From assembly GCF_009914755.1 (NCBI RefSeq), contig NC_060939.1: a DNA stretch of 64,000 nucleotides; one strand, 5' to 3'. Positions 15,163 through 32,061 of this stretch are shown one piece after another; the first letter of the stretch is position 1; each line of letters starts with the position of its first letter. The DNA is from the human T2T-CHM13v2.0 reference genome, Homo sapiens. Both the position numbers and the translations under genes were made by a program. A model generated the notes under the pieces. It searched no databases and was not told the origin of the DNA. It was given only the letters and a program-made list of their open reading frames with translations.

Positions 15163-18100
15163 GTGTACATGCCCCTGTGATATTGTTCCTAATATCCAGG
15201 TTTGGAGAAGATATTATACTCAATATTGCAGGAGGTGTCGACCACCCTGAATATTACTTTTAATATCCGGGGAGAGAGGGTGATATTACTCTCAATATCA
15301 TCCTCTCCCCCCACACCCTGCATAGTACAAACAATATCAAAGAGGGTCTGTGCAACACGTGCAATATTGGGAGTAATATCCTCCCCCAACATGGATATTA
15401 GAAACAGTATCACAGGAGGTTGTACACCACCTGCGATATTGGGGAGTACTATCATTTTCTTTCCCCATGGATATTTAGAACAATATCACAAAGGCGGTGT
15501 ACAACCCCTGCTATATTGGGAGAAATACTGTACTTTCCCCACCTAGATATTAGGAACTATATCACGGGGGGTTATACACCGCTGCATCATTGGGAGTAAT
15601 ATCATCCTTTCCCTCCCTGGATATTAGGAACAATACCTCATGGGTGTGTACACCCTGTTCCATATTGGGATTAATATTTTCTCCCTTGCTGGACATAAGG
15701 AACAATATAACGAGGGGTATACACTCCTTATGATATTGCCAGTAATATTATAGACTCTCCCCAGGGTTATTAGAAACAGTATCAGAGAGGGGTGTACATC
15801 CCCTGCGATATTGGGAATAATATTCTTTATTTCCCTGGATATTAGGAATAATATCGCAAAGGGGTTGTATACCCCCCGTGACATTTTAATTAATATAATC
15901 TTCCCCACTGAATATTAGGAACAAATTCCCAGGGGATTGTACACCACCTGCAATATGGACAGCTATATCATTGTCTCTCCCCCGAATATTAGGATCAATA
16001 TCACACGGGGGTTGTACACCCCCTGTGATATTGGGAGTAACTTTATACCCTTTTCACATGGATATTAGGAACAATATCATAGGGTGGGTGTACACCCACT
16101 GCGATATTGGGAGTAATATCATCCTCTACCCCCTGGGTATTATGAACAATATCATGGGGAGGGGGTGTATGCCCTCTGTGATATTGGGAGTAATATCATC
16201 CTGTCCCCTCTGGATATTGGGAATGATATTACAGCGGGGCTGTACCTTTTCTGCACTATTGGGAGTGGTATCACCCTCTCCCCCTATGGATGTTAGGAAC
16301 AATATCACAAAGGGGGTGTACACATCCTGCGATATTGGGAGTAATATTGTCCACTCTTCCCCTGGATATTAGGAACAATATCACAGGCGGAGTGTACACC
16401 ACCTGCTATTTTAACTGTAATATTATTCTCTTCCAACCTGGATATTAGGAATAATATAACAGGAGGGGTGACAACCACCTGTGATATTGGGAGTAATATC
16501 ATTCTCTCCCCCCATGGATATTGAGAACAATATCACAGGAGCAGTTTACACCTCCTGCGACATTTAGAGTAATATCATCCTTTTCCCCCATGGATATTAG
16601 GAACGATATCGCATGGGAAGTGTACACCCCCGCCATATTGGGAGTAATATTTTCTCCCTTGCTGGACATTAGGAACAATATCACGGGAATGCACACCCCC
16701 TGTGATATTGCCAGTAATATCGTAGTCTCCTCCCAGGATATTAGGAACAATATCACAAGGGGGGTGTACGTGCCCTGTGATATTGGAAGTAATATCATCG
16801 ACTCCCCCCACGGATATTAGTAACAATATCAGAAGGGGTGTACACCCCTTGCGATATTTATAGTACTATCATCCTATACCCCTTGGATATTAGGAAAAAT
16901 ACCACGGGGGGGTGTATACCCACTGTGATATTGGGAGTAATTTCATCCTCTACCCCTTGGATGTTAGGAGCAGTATCACAAGGGGGGTGTGCACCCTCTG
17001 TGATATTAAGAATAATACCATTCTCTCCTCCTCTGGATACTAGGAATAATATCACAGGGCTGGTGTGCACCTTTTGCATTATTTGGAGCAATATCACCCT
17101 CTCCCCAACTTGATATTAGAGACAATATCATGGGGGGTGGCGTGTAACACCCTGCACTGTTGGGAGTAATATCATCTAGTCTTCCCCTGGATATAAGAAA
17201 CAGTATCACAGAAGGGTTCTACACCTCCAGAGATTTTGGGAGTAATATCATCCTCTCCAAATCTGGATATTAAGAACAGTATAATGGGGTGTGGGGAGTA
17301 ATATGTTGGGAGTAATACAATCCTACCCCCCACTTGATATTAGGAACAATATCGCAAAACGTGTGTACACCCACTGTGATATTTGGAGTAATATCAACAT
17401 TTCCCCACCTGGTATCACGGGGAGAGTGTACACTCCTTATGATATTGGAAGTATCATTGTCTCTCACTCTCGATATTAGGAAAAATAGCACAGGATGTGT
17501 GTACACTCCCTGTGATTTTGGGAAGAACATCATACCCTTTCGTCTTTGATATTAGGAACAATATCACAGAGGGGGTGTACAACTTCTGCGATATTGTAGT
17601 ATTCTTTCTTCCCATGGATATTAGGAATGATATCCCGGGGGGCATGTTGTACACCCCCTGTGATACGGACAGTAATATCATTGTCCTTCCCCCTACATAT
17701 TAGGAACAATATCACAAGGGGAGTGTACACCCCCTGGATATTAGAAACTATCACAGGGGGGCTGTACAACCTCTTTGATACTGTGAGTAATACCATTGTC
17801 TGCCCTCCTGGATATTAAGAACAATATTATAGGGTGGGTGTACACCCCCTGCAATATTGGGAATAATATCATCCTCTCTTCCCCGGGATATTAGGAACGG
17901 TATCACACGTGGGGTTTACACCCCCTGCAATTTTGTCAGTAATATTACTTCTGGATGTTATTGAATATATCACAGTGGGGGTGTACACCCCCTGTGATAT
18001 GGGGAGTAATAGCATCCTCTTTCCCACTGGATACTACAAACAATATCACAGGTTGTGTACAACCTCCTGTGATATTGTTCACAATATTTAGGTGAGGAGA

Positions 18101-19010
18101 GGATGATATTACTCCATATATCGCAGGGAGTGTTACATCCCCTGTAATATTGTTCATAATATTTAGAAGAGGACAGAATGATATTACTCCCAATATAGTA
18201 AGAAGCATACACTCCCCTGTGATACTGTTCATAATTTTTTGGGGATTAGAGGATGATATTACTTCCAATATCACAGGGAGTGTACACTGGTGATATTGTT
18301 TATAATTTTCAGTGGATTAGAAGATATTATTCCGAATATCACAGGGGTTGTACATCCCCATGTGATATTGTTAATATCCAGTGGGAAAGAGGATGATATT
18401 ACTCCCCATATCACGGGGGATGTAAACCCGTTTGTGGTATTGTCTCTTACATCCGGGGGGGGAGAGGATGATATTACTCTGCATATCATAGAGGGTGCAC
18501 ACGGCTGTAATGTTGTCCATAACATCCAGAGGGGAAGATAATATTATTCCCATGTTTCAGAAGGTGTACACACCCCTGTGATAGTCTCTGTAACGTTTAG
18601 GGAAGAAGGGGAAGATACTACTCCAGATATCGCAGGGGGTGTACACCCCCCTGTGATACTGTTCGTAAGGTTTAGGGGGAAGAGGATGATATTACTCCCC
18701 ATATCGAAGGGATTGTACATCTCCTTATATATTGTCCATAACATCCAGGGCAGGAGAGGATATTACTACTCCCCATATTGCAGGGCGTGGACACCCCCCC
18801 TGTAAATATGTCTAACATCCAGGCAGGGACAGGAGGATATTATTCCCCATAACGCAGAGAAAGTAAACCTCCTGTGATATTGTCCATAACATCCAGTGGG
18901 GAGAGGATGATATCACTCCCCATATTGCAGGGGGTGCACACTCCACTCTGATATTGGCCGTAATACCCGGAGGTGGGTGAAGTATGAAGTCACTACACAT
19001 ATCGCAGGGA
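15163..19010. repeat. SATR1/SATR2-type satellite array (~74-bp unit), left part
   Basis: Tandem unit GGATATTAGGAACAATATCACAGGGGGTGTACACCCCCTGTGATATTGGGAGTAATATCATCCTCTCCCCCCT; orientation flips near 15295 and 18057. Confidence 0.88.
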
Positions 19011-19321
19011 TTATTAGTATCAGATTGTTTGAAGGGCTCACAGTAAGGATAGTAGTAGGGCGAGTTCTAACTCAAATAGGGGAAATGTGATGGCTACTAG
19101 AAAGAATTTTATGGAGAAGGGAATGTGGGCAGAGGGTAGAGGGTCAAATCTGCATTCATAAGGGCTAGATTTTTCTATATATATTTATTTTATACATATA
19201 TATATATTTTTTTTTCTCTCTCTCTCTCTATATATATATTAAGTTGTGGGAGCCAAAATGTAATAATTATTAGTAACAGGGCTAATAGGGTGTTGATTAC
19301 TAGGATTAATGTTAGGTGAAT
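19011..19321 (-). pseudogene. MT-ND3: MT-ND3 pseudogene (5' part, split by a microsatellite)
   Basis: Reverse strand: atagaaaaatctagcccttatgaatgcagatttgaccct...ttctccataaaattctttctagtagcc, i.e. the MEKSxPYECGFDP / FSMKFFLVA region. Confidence 0.93.
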
Positions 19322-19382
19322 TACTGTTTTTTGGATGCTATCGAAACTTTGGAAATCATGGTACTATTTATACTAAAAGAGT
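19322..19382 (-). pseudogene. MT-TG: mt-tRNA-Gly pseudogene
   Basis: Reverse strand actcttttagtataaatagtacc...ttccaa...aaaaaacagta, between COX3 and ND3 as in mtDNA. Confidence 0.9.
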
Positions 19383-19980
19383 AAGATCCTCATCAATAAA
19401 TAGAAACATACAAGAATAGTCATACTACATCTACAAAGTGTCGATATCAGGCAGCAGCTTCAAAGGCAAAGTGATGACTAGATGTAAAGTGGTATTTTAG
19501 TTGGCGGAGAAGGCAGACTGAGGAATGTTGATCCAATAATGATGTGAAGTCTGTGAAAGCCTGTAGCTATAAAAAATGTTGAGCCATAAATACCATCAGA
19601 AATAGCAAAGGGAGCTTTGAAGTATTCTGAGACTTGTAGGAGGGTGAAGTAAATACCTAATATAATTGTAATAAGTAGTGCTTGGATTGTATGTTTTTGA
19701 TTATTTTTTGTTAGGCTGTGATGGGCTCAAGTAATTGAAACTCCTGATGCAAGTAATACAGATGGATTCAGGAGAGGTACTTCCAGGGTGTCAAGGGGAG
19801 AAATACCTGTTGGGGGTCAATGTCCTCCTAATTCTGGAGTAGGGGCTAGGCTAGAATGGTAGAATGCTCAAAAGAATCCAGCGAAGAGAAATATTTCTGA
19901 GATAATAAATAGGACTATCCCATATTGGAGGCCTTTTTGAACAGTCGTTGTATAGTGGCCCTGAAATGTACTTTCTCTGA
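19383..19980 (-). pseudogene. MT-CO3: MT-CO3 pseudogene (3' ~600 nt)
   Basis: Reverse strand: agagaaagtacatttcagggccac...caaaaaggcctccaatatggg...tctatttattgatgaggatct. Confidence 0.93.
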
Positions 19981-20268
19981 TACAGACCACCCTTGTTCAG
20001 TTGAATACAGATCAATCACTTTAAGTAAGCTAAGTCCTTACTAAATTGATGAGACTTAAACCCACGAAAACTTAACAACTAAACTCCCTAGTCAACTGGT
20101 TTGAATCTACTTCTCCAGCTGCTGGGGGAAAAAAGGTGAGAGAAGCAGGATTGAAGCTGCTTCTTTGAATTTACAATTCAACGTGAAAATCACCTCGGGA
20201 CTGGTAAAAACAGGCCTTGACCTCTGTTTTTAGATGTACAGTCTAATGCCCTACTCAGTCATTTTACC
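19981..20268 (-). pseudogene. mt tRNA-Ala (partial), Asn, Cys and Tyr pseudogenes with a degenerate OriL at 20110-20145
   Basis: aagctaagtcctta|ctaaattgatgagacttaaaccca; cttctc...aaaaaagg..gagaag; ttgaagctgcttctttgaattt; tggtaaaaacaggcc...cattttacc in WANCY order. Confidence 0.92.
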
Positions 20269-20287
20269 CTTTTTTCTCACTTCATTT

Positions 20288-21342
<1,055 letters not shown>

Positions 21343-21399
21343 AGGCTTATATTATGGTTCATTCATATATTTAGAAACCTGAAAGTTTCTAAATAAATT

Positions 21400-21938
21400 C
21401 TAAAAAAGTTGTAAAAAAAACCCAAGCTGAAATAACTACGAAAGTGCCTTTAATATTCTGAAGACAAAATAGCTAAGATCCAAACTGGGAGTAGATACCC
21501 CGCTATGCTTAACCCTAAACTCGAATAGTTAGATCAACAAAACTGTTCGCCAGAACACTACAAGCAACAGCTTAAAACTCAAAGGACTTGGCGGTGCTTT
21601 ACATCCCTCTAAAGGAGCCTGTTCTATAATCGATAAACCCCAATTTACCTCACCACCTCTTGCCCAGACTATATACCTCCATCTTCAGCAAACCCTGGAA
21701 AGGCCACAGAGTAAGCATAAGTATCTACATAAAAACGTTAGGTCAAGGTGTAGCCCATGAGGTGGCAAGAAATAGGTACGTTTTCTACATCCAGAAAAAT
21801 CTCGTGACAACCGTTATGAAATCTAAGGGCTCAAGGAGGATTTAGCAATAAATTGAGAGCAGAGTGTTTAATAGAATAAGGCCATGAAGCACGCACACAC
21901 CGCCCTTCACCCTCCTCAAATATATTCTAGAAACTCAT
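21400..21938 (+). pseudogene. MT-RNR1: MT-RNR1 (12S rRNA) pseudogene fragment
   Basis: caaactggga.tagatacccc.ctatgctt, cttaaaactcaaaggacttggcggtgc, gcacacaccgccc.tcaccctcctcaa. Confidence 0.96.
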
Positions 21939-23995
<2,057 letters not shown>

Positions 23996-23999
23996 TGTA

Positions 24000-24400
24000 T
24001 AGAACAAAGCAGGCAGAGGAAGGTGGGATAACCTTGCTAGCTGAAGCTTCTGGCTCTCTTTTTTTCTTCTTCCCATGCAGGACACCTGATTCCCTTCTTC
24101 CTGCCCTTGGACATGAGACTCCAGGTTCTTATGTCTTTGGACTCTGGGACTTGCACCAGCGGCTTCCCCGAGGCTCTCAGGCCCTCGGCCTCAGACTGAA
24201 GACTGCACTGCGGGCTTTCCTGGTTTTGAGGCTTTTGGACTTGGACTGAGCCACTACTAGCTTCTCTCTTTCCCTACCTGGCAGACAGCCTATTGTGGGA
24301 CTGCCTTCTAACCGTGTGAACCTATTCTCTCTGGTAAACTCCCTTATACATATACGTGTATCTTGTTGGATCTGTCCCTCTGGAGAACCCTAACTAATAC
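24000..24400 (+). mobile_element. MLT2 (ERVL) LTR, 3' part
   Basis: cttctcctgcccttggaca-like, ggcttttggacttggactgagcca, ending ctctggagaaccctaactaataca. Confidence 0.85.
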
Positions 24401-25941
24401 ATTTTGTTTATTTTTTCTCCACTGCCCTTTCCTCTGATTCTAGGCTTACCTAGACCACCACCATTCTTTCCCCCTTTCTAAAGTAAAAGTTGTTTTTTTC
24501 TCACTAAATGCATGGTATTCTGCCCATTTTCCATGGCTTCCCTCAGCCCTGCTCTGTTTATTCTTGCTATCTTAAGAGGAAATCCCTGCCTCTTCCGTGG
24601 CTTTTCCCACTTGGTCTACTTACTGGTTTCTGTTGTTCTCAGAGACACACTGAGACCTTTCACATCTCACTGTCACTTCTTGGAAGGGCTCTCTACCTCG
24701 TCTGCCTGCTAAGCAACCTCTTGGGGAGATGTGGGCACTCCTGAGTCACTGAACTTGAGCTATTTGGTGTTGGTATGTTAATTTATCTTCTTAGACCACT
24801 TACCACTTCCTTAACTTCAAAAGAGAAGAATAAGTATTATTTTCCATGGTCGATATGAAGAGTAGAAATAACTTATACAAAATGCATTGCAGTTAAGTGA
24901 TAATAAATGGCCGTGAATGCCCTTAATAATGTTATTCTATCAGTCTCAGCTCAGATACCATCTGCTTTGTGAGCTCTGCTCTGAATCATATCTGCTTCTT
25001 CTCTGGGTTTCTTGTGCTCTGTTCTTAACTACTTTAAAGCAGTAATTGTTCTGATTCTAATTAGTGATCCTTCCCAATAAAATTTTAATTTCGTAGATCT
25101 CTTCCCCCCACCCCTGCCCCAGCCTAACCAGTGTTTTCTTACTTTTTTGTGTACAGGCTACATCACTGGTCTTCTTTTATTTGTGGCTAAATAAATGTTG
25201 TGTTAGAAGAGTAAAGAGTTCCCAGTTACATGGGATCTATAGTTCTACAAAATGAATATATACATAATCCATGTAAATATTTCACTTATTTTGACAAATT
25301 TTAATTTTTAAATTAAATTTAATTTGTTCATGTGTGTGAGACCAGAGTGAGAACAGAGATGGCGGCGGTGAGGGGCGGTGGTCTCACCATGTTGCCCAGG
25401 CTGGTCTTGAACTCCCCTTCAAGTGCCCCCCTCCTCACCTGGCCCCCCTCACCTTGCCTCCTCCCCTCTCACTCCTATGCCAGCCCCTGCCATTCCCCAC
25501 CCCCTCTGTAGACTGCAAGACTCAACAAGTGACTTGCTGAGCAAACCCTGCTGAGAAGAGGTCTGTTTAGGGACACAGGAGGCCAAGTACACAAAAAAGC
25601 AAAAGAACTAGCATGCCTTTTTCAATGGATGTCTATTTTACAGGGCTGGCTTCAGATTATTGTTATAGCTTTAAATAAAAGGACCGTTTTGTCATCTTGG
25701 CCCATGACCTACTTATTTCTTTACTGTCCATTGCCCTGGACGCTTGACTAATAATTTAACAGCAGTTTTTTTTTAAAATTTTAAATCATGATTCATTGCA
25801 TTGCTGTAAGAGTAATTAGAGGTAAAGTAGGGCTTGAAACTGCCTGTAGTTGGTTACTTACTGAGTTCTTAGCATAATTGTCAGGTGAGAGGTTGAAGTT
25901 TTAATTAGCGCTAAGTGGGATAGAAATTCAATGCACTGAAA

Positions 25942-26245
25942 CTGCAGTGTCCAATTCAGTAGGCGCTAGCCACTTGTAACTGTTGAACACTTGGAATCCT
26001 GGCTAGTCCTAATTGAGATGTGTTGTGTTAAATACACTGGATTTTGTCATTGGAGTGGGAAGAACAGTGTAGAATAGCTGCTTGATTTTTTTTTATATTT
26101 ATTACATGTTAAAATTATTACTATGATTACTATTTGGGACATACTGAGTTAAGTATATTTAAAATTAATTTCACCTTTTCTTTTAATGGGGCTTACCAGT
26201 ACATTTAAAATTACGTACGTGGCTCACATATTTATTGGACAGCAC
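25942..26245. mobile_element. MER33/MER3-like hAT-Charlie MITE
   Basis: Ends ctgcagtgtccaat / attggacagcac; internal tggctagtcctaattgagatgtg. Confidence 0.7.
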
Positions 26246-28609
26246 GTCTCTAGAAATTTAGGAAGAAATAAGAAAAATATTGAGAATAGGTAGCGACAGT
26301 AGGAAGTTTGTCCTCCTGTAAGACTGATTCCAATAAAACTAATAGGTGATAGTTTTAATTGGCTTTTTCCTACTAGAAAAAGTAAGTGTACTTTACATGC
26401 CTCTTTGTTCTCCTTCTTTCCCCTTCAATTTAGTGGTTAGCATGTATTTACTACATCAGGCTTAATATTCACTAAGCAGTGTTAAGAAGACTTAGGTAAA
26501 TGATTCCCTGATGAACACACTTGATTTTCAAAGCACTTTCCTAACCCATTTTTAATAGGAATAGAGTCAAAGGTAGAAGGCTTATTAGTAGTCATCTCAT
26601 TTAAATCTCATGGAATTTTCCCGCTAAATCTCAAAGTAAACAATTTGTTATAGGCTGTTTTGTCAAGTGTTTGGAAGGGACAGCATAAGACATGTGGTAC
26701 TTCATTTCCAAATTGCTTGAGATGTTTTTCATTATAATCATACATTATTTGCTTCTGGTTTTCCGGAAAAGCCAGCTAAGCCTGTGGTTCATTTAGATAT
26801 AAATGAAATATCCTCAAAGGATTTCTCAAAGTGACTTATGCAACTTGAATATATATTTGTTCTGTAGGGTGTTTATTCCAAATTACCTGGCCATTTGCTG
26901 CAATTTGCAGTTTTTTAGAAAACACCAAATATTTCTCAATTTAGAGATGTTTTAATAAAAACAGTCATATTGAACTGGCAGCAGCCAAATAAAATAGCCC
27001 TTTATTTCACAGTTCAGAATTTGAAATTGGAAGGTAATTAACATATGTAAGGATGATATATTTGCTGCCTGGCTTATAGGAATGAGCCAAGTTGTTTTTT
27101 GAGGGATGTTGTTGCTGTGTATGTCCCACCTATTTTGCTTCCTTAATGAACAATGCAAGTTTGAGACAGAAATATTTGAGAACATTTTTATCAGTTGCAA
27201 CACTTTGATAGTGAACATTTTATATCTTCTGTCAACTTAAAATGTTTGCATCTTCTGTCAGCTTAAAATGTTTAATTTGTTATAGCCAAATAATTTGGCT
27301 ATAATTGATAATTTAATTTATCAAATTAAATTGCTTTTTTTCCCTTTAGACTTTCTTCAGTCACATCTGAATAAATCACTTAGAAGTAAGCTAGATGTAA
27401 TATAATGAAATGCTTAAAAGGGCTGTGTATCTTCATATTACACTTACAGTGATTTTCTGTTGTACGCATTATATTCTACCTGCAGCTAGTTGAGGAAAAG
27501 AGAGGGCATTTAACTGCCAAGGGAACCTGAGAGGAGACTGTAGAAATCTGGAAAGTCTCTCGGGTCTTTGAGGGACTTTGGGATGCAGAGAGTGGGGCTG
27601 GGATCTCTGGCTAGGTTGGAGCCAGCCTGCATTTGTATCTTTATCTTGGAAGCAAACATAGAATGCAGAGTTAGATATGGTCTGGATGCTGCTAACTCTA
27701 GCCAACCACTAAATCTTAAGGTGGGAGAGATGCAGGCTTTGGCTGGGTGCTAAGCTGCTGTAGCTGGTTGAATGTAGAGGTCACTATCTTTTCTGAATAC
27801 TTGTAAGTAAATTAAATCATTCTCTACTCCTGTATGCCTGCCAACCAAATGGGAAATCGCTATAGAAAAGATGGTTTAAATTTTAGTCTTTGAAGTGGTT
27901 TATGCACGTTTCTGGAATCAAGATTTAATGCCGACTTGGATTGGATATTGAATATTTTTTATTTGTCTACTTTTCTCTCCATAGGGAGCTTATAGCTTCA
28001 TTGCACTGTGTGTGGCATTTGGGTCCTGTTTGGCAGCAATGACTGCCTTTCTGTTTAGTGTCTGTGTGCTATGAAGATTGCACACAGGGGTCCAAATGCA
28101 TCCTGTTTTGAGAATGTCAATGGATACACCAGTTGCTGCTTTGGATTTCACTGGTTGGTGGTAGTTGACCCACTGTTTGGAATGCAGCCAATTTAAGTGA
28201 AGACATATCCATATATGTGGCTCTGTTACAGTGGTGAAATCTGCAACCATAAGAAGGTAGGGAAAAAGAAGCCAGATGTCTGGATGTGATTAAACTTCAG
28301 AGCTTGTTGATTACGATGATATTATATATTCTGTATCATGCTTTTTACTTTGCAAAGCATTCTATGTTATCTCATTTGCTCTAAGTATGTAGACAGGGAA
28401 CTGATGAATAAAATGGTGAGTGAAATCACTTGGTCACAAAAAAAGTGATAAAAATGGGGATTACACAGTTTCTTTGACGCTTAGAATTTTTTCTCCTTCT
28501 CCCCAGCTTTTTGTTTTGAAAAAAATTCTAACATACAGAAAAGAACAGAATAGTGAGCACCTAGATTGAATAATCATTAATGTTTTGCCATATTTGCTTG
28601 ATTTTTCTT

Positions 28610-28611
<2 letters not shown>

Positions 28612-28642
<31 letters not shown>
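28612..28642. repeat. (CA)n microsatellite
   Basis: Direct. Confidence 0.95.
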
Positions 28643-28648
<6 letters not shown>

Positions 28649-28785
28649 TTTGCCAAATCATTTGAGAGTATGGTGCAGATTTTGTGACACTCCTAAATAT
28701 ATAAGCTTTTATCTCCTAAGAATAAGGACATTTTTCTACATAACATCAATACCATTATTAAACCTAAGAATCCATAATATCACCT

Positions 28786-29089
28786 GGCTGGGTGCGGTGG
28801 CTCACACCTGTAATCCCAGCACTTTGGGAGGCTGAGGTGGGTGGATCACGAGGTCAGGAGGTCGAAGCCATGCTGGCTATCACGGTGAAACCCCGTCTCC
28901 ACTAAAAATACAAAAATAAAATATCAGCCAGGCATGGTGGTGGGCACCTGTATTCCCAGCTACTCGGGAGGCTGAGGCAGGAGAATGGTGTGAACCTGGG
29001 AGGTGGAGCTTGCAGGGAGCCAAGATTGAGTCACTGTACTTTAGCCTGGAAGACAGAGCAAGACTCTGTCTCAAAAAAGAAAAAAAAAA
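28786..29089 (+). mobile_element. AluY-like SINE
   Basis: gagaatggtgtgaacctgggaggtggagcttgca; TSD-like cataatatcacct / cataatgccacct. Confidence 0.9.
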
Positions 29090-29132
29090 CATAATGCCAC
29101 CTAATATCCAGTTTATACTTAAATTTCCCTAA

Positions 29133-29397
<265 letters not shown>

Positions 29398-32061
29398 CCA
29401 AGAATATCTTTATAGCTGGTATTTGTTTGTTTAGAGACAGATTTCATTCAAGATTCATGCATTTGGTTGTGATGTTTCTTGGTATTTTTTCTGAGACTTC
29501 TTGATAGATACCTGTCATGCACTGATAGAGAGTTATATCCTAACCATGTTTTGGACATTTTTATCTCTGAATAATAGCTTTTGTCATTGTTTGTTGCCTG
29601 CTCACGGGAACACTCTTAATAATAGTCTTCTTCTTCAAAATTTTTAAAAGAGTTATTCAAGAAATTCCTTTCACACATTTCTTTATTCCTTTATTAAGGT
29701 CTTAATATGCACCAGACATCATTTTTCTAGGTGATTGTAGATGAAATGGTGAAAAGGAAAGGCAAGAATGGAATTTCCTGCTAGTGGGAAGTAGAAGAGA
29801 GTATTAAAACTTTTTTCTTTCCAAGTCAAATCAGTGTCATATACATGAGAAAGCTAGGTGGTATGATGGCATTATCAGCTTGGCTTTCTCCTTAAATGAA
29901 ATAGAAAGTGCCCTGTTTTACTCAGACAGTGTTTTTTTTTTCTAAAAAGCTAAAAGAAGTTAAATATTTTGAAAACAATTAATTTCTGTTCTAAATTATT
30001 CAAATGTTATATTTGTAAAACTAGAGAAGTTTGTTCCATTGCTTCTACCAAGCATCTCAGCTTATGTAGTTGGGGCAGCTAGAAATCTAATGAACAGAAT
30101 GTATATTTTAGGCTTATATAAAGTATTCTGCAACATAAGTTCAAAAATACCCCCTACCCCCTTTTTGATAAAAATAAAGTTTACTACTACTAATAAAATA
30201 CAGCCAGAGGTGTGCTGGGAGTGGAGGGGGACTGAGTGAAAGAAAGTAGGAACGGGGTAAAGGCTGGGGCAAAGAGCAGGCTCTCTCCCTGCAGGGGAAT
30301 ATCAGGGGCCTGAAGCCAAGTTAAATGACAGCATGACTTCAGGAGGCCAGATTTGAGGGCTTTTATCTAAAATGCAGCATCGGAGTTTGGTTTAAGAGAG
30401 TAGGAAGTGATACATCTGTTACCCAAAGGACTCTTCTCTTTTTTAAATAAATTACCTGCAGAGTTTAGGCCAAAGAGGTGGGCAAGGTAGATTTGGGAAA
30501 CTGTTGCTTGCTAATATCACCAAACGCTTTCTTTTTATACCTGGTGGAGGCTTTAATTGGGGCAAGGACATTTTTATATAAAGATAGAGAAAACAATCGC
30601 CTATGGAATTTGATTCCTTGCTCCATGCCCTCGCTAGCACCTCTCAAGATGCTTGATGATATTTAACATTTCTTCATAGGGAAAAAACTTTTCACCCCAC
30701 AATTAGAATCAGGCTTAACTTTCTTTTTGAAAAGGTAGTATGTAATTTTTGTTAAGATATAAATTACCAAGATTTTTATATCTTGAAACAGATTTAGATG
30801 ATAGAGTGGGGTAGGTGGTGGTTGGTGGGAAGGGGTAGTTTTTTAGAGAGGGTATTAAGAGTTGGAAATTTCAATGTGAGAGAGGTGAAGGTTTGAAAAT
30901 AAGTAAGAAAAGCACTAAAAGGCTGAAGTCAAGGGCCTCTGAGAGCCAGGATGATAGATTCTATTTCACAGTTTAACACAGGATCAGCATAGACCAAAGC
31001 AAGTTTGTAACTAAGGCAATGAAGATCATCTGTCTCCTCCCTTCCCCATTAATTGTGAACTTTAGTTTTATAAGCTCCTAAGAGGCAGAAAACAAATTGG
31101 AGCCTCGTCTTCTATTTGGGAGTGTATGGCATGTATTTATTGTCCTAGGTGCTGGGTTTATTTCTTTCAGCTAATGACAGTTTTCCATGCTTTATGGTAA
31201 GTGACCATAAAGTAAGTGGTAAGTGACTTACCCTTCAGGCAGTTCAGCCCAGGACAGTCAGCAGAAGACTGTTTCCAGACCCCACCTGCTAGTTACAGAT
31301 CATCCCTGATAGAGCAGAGAGGGGTGACCAGGTAGTGACTTTATAGTCAGTGGAGGCAAAGCCCATTTTTGGACAGTTCATTGAGGGCTTACAGATAAAA
31401 GGTTCACAAATTATGCAGTGAGCTGGATGGAGTGTGAAGCGTATTTATGGGTCGTGCACATACATAATAGGTTTACTTTTTGAGATTTGAAAACATGTTT
31501 TAACCTTAACCTAGGATTCCCACCTGATTTAAACCTCTTATTTGTCTAATGTCAGCCAAAAATGTGAGTATGACATACAAAGAGAAATACATCAAGGACT
31601 TTTCATCCTCAAAGTTTGCCAGTGATGGTGGAGAGTGTCAGAATTGGTGAGTAGCCTAATCAAACTTTTTTGCTCTGCATGCAGTGGCAGACAGTCCCTT
31701 TGCTGTTCCTTTGGGACATGCAGACTATTAAAGTGCCACCATCATTTTATCTCTCAGTGAGCAGTAGTTTTAATGCTACTGCAGTGGTGGGCGCTCTGGG
31801 CGTTGTCATCCTCACCTGAGGACAAGCAGCTTTGTTTTGGATCATGTATCTGTTATTGTGATGGAGCCATTTATTTTTCAGGGAATGATGCCAAATGATG
31901 TTTGTCCCTTTGCTTTACATTTTTATAGCTAGGTCTTTGAAGCTGAACTGGAGGAACTTCTCAGCCAATACTGTCTTCTCAAACCAAAAGTTGACAGTTG
32001 CAGAAGACACGTTTTTTAGTGTCATGGCAACCAAGCAACATATTACCTTAAATTAAATTTA

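Noticed and set aside
27224-27273. 26-bp tandem duplication upstream of the ASNS UTR exon (and a 15-bp one at ~5704-5733)
   Set aside because: Ordinary local slippage with no evident function
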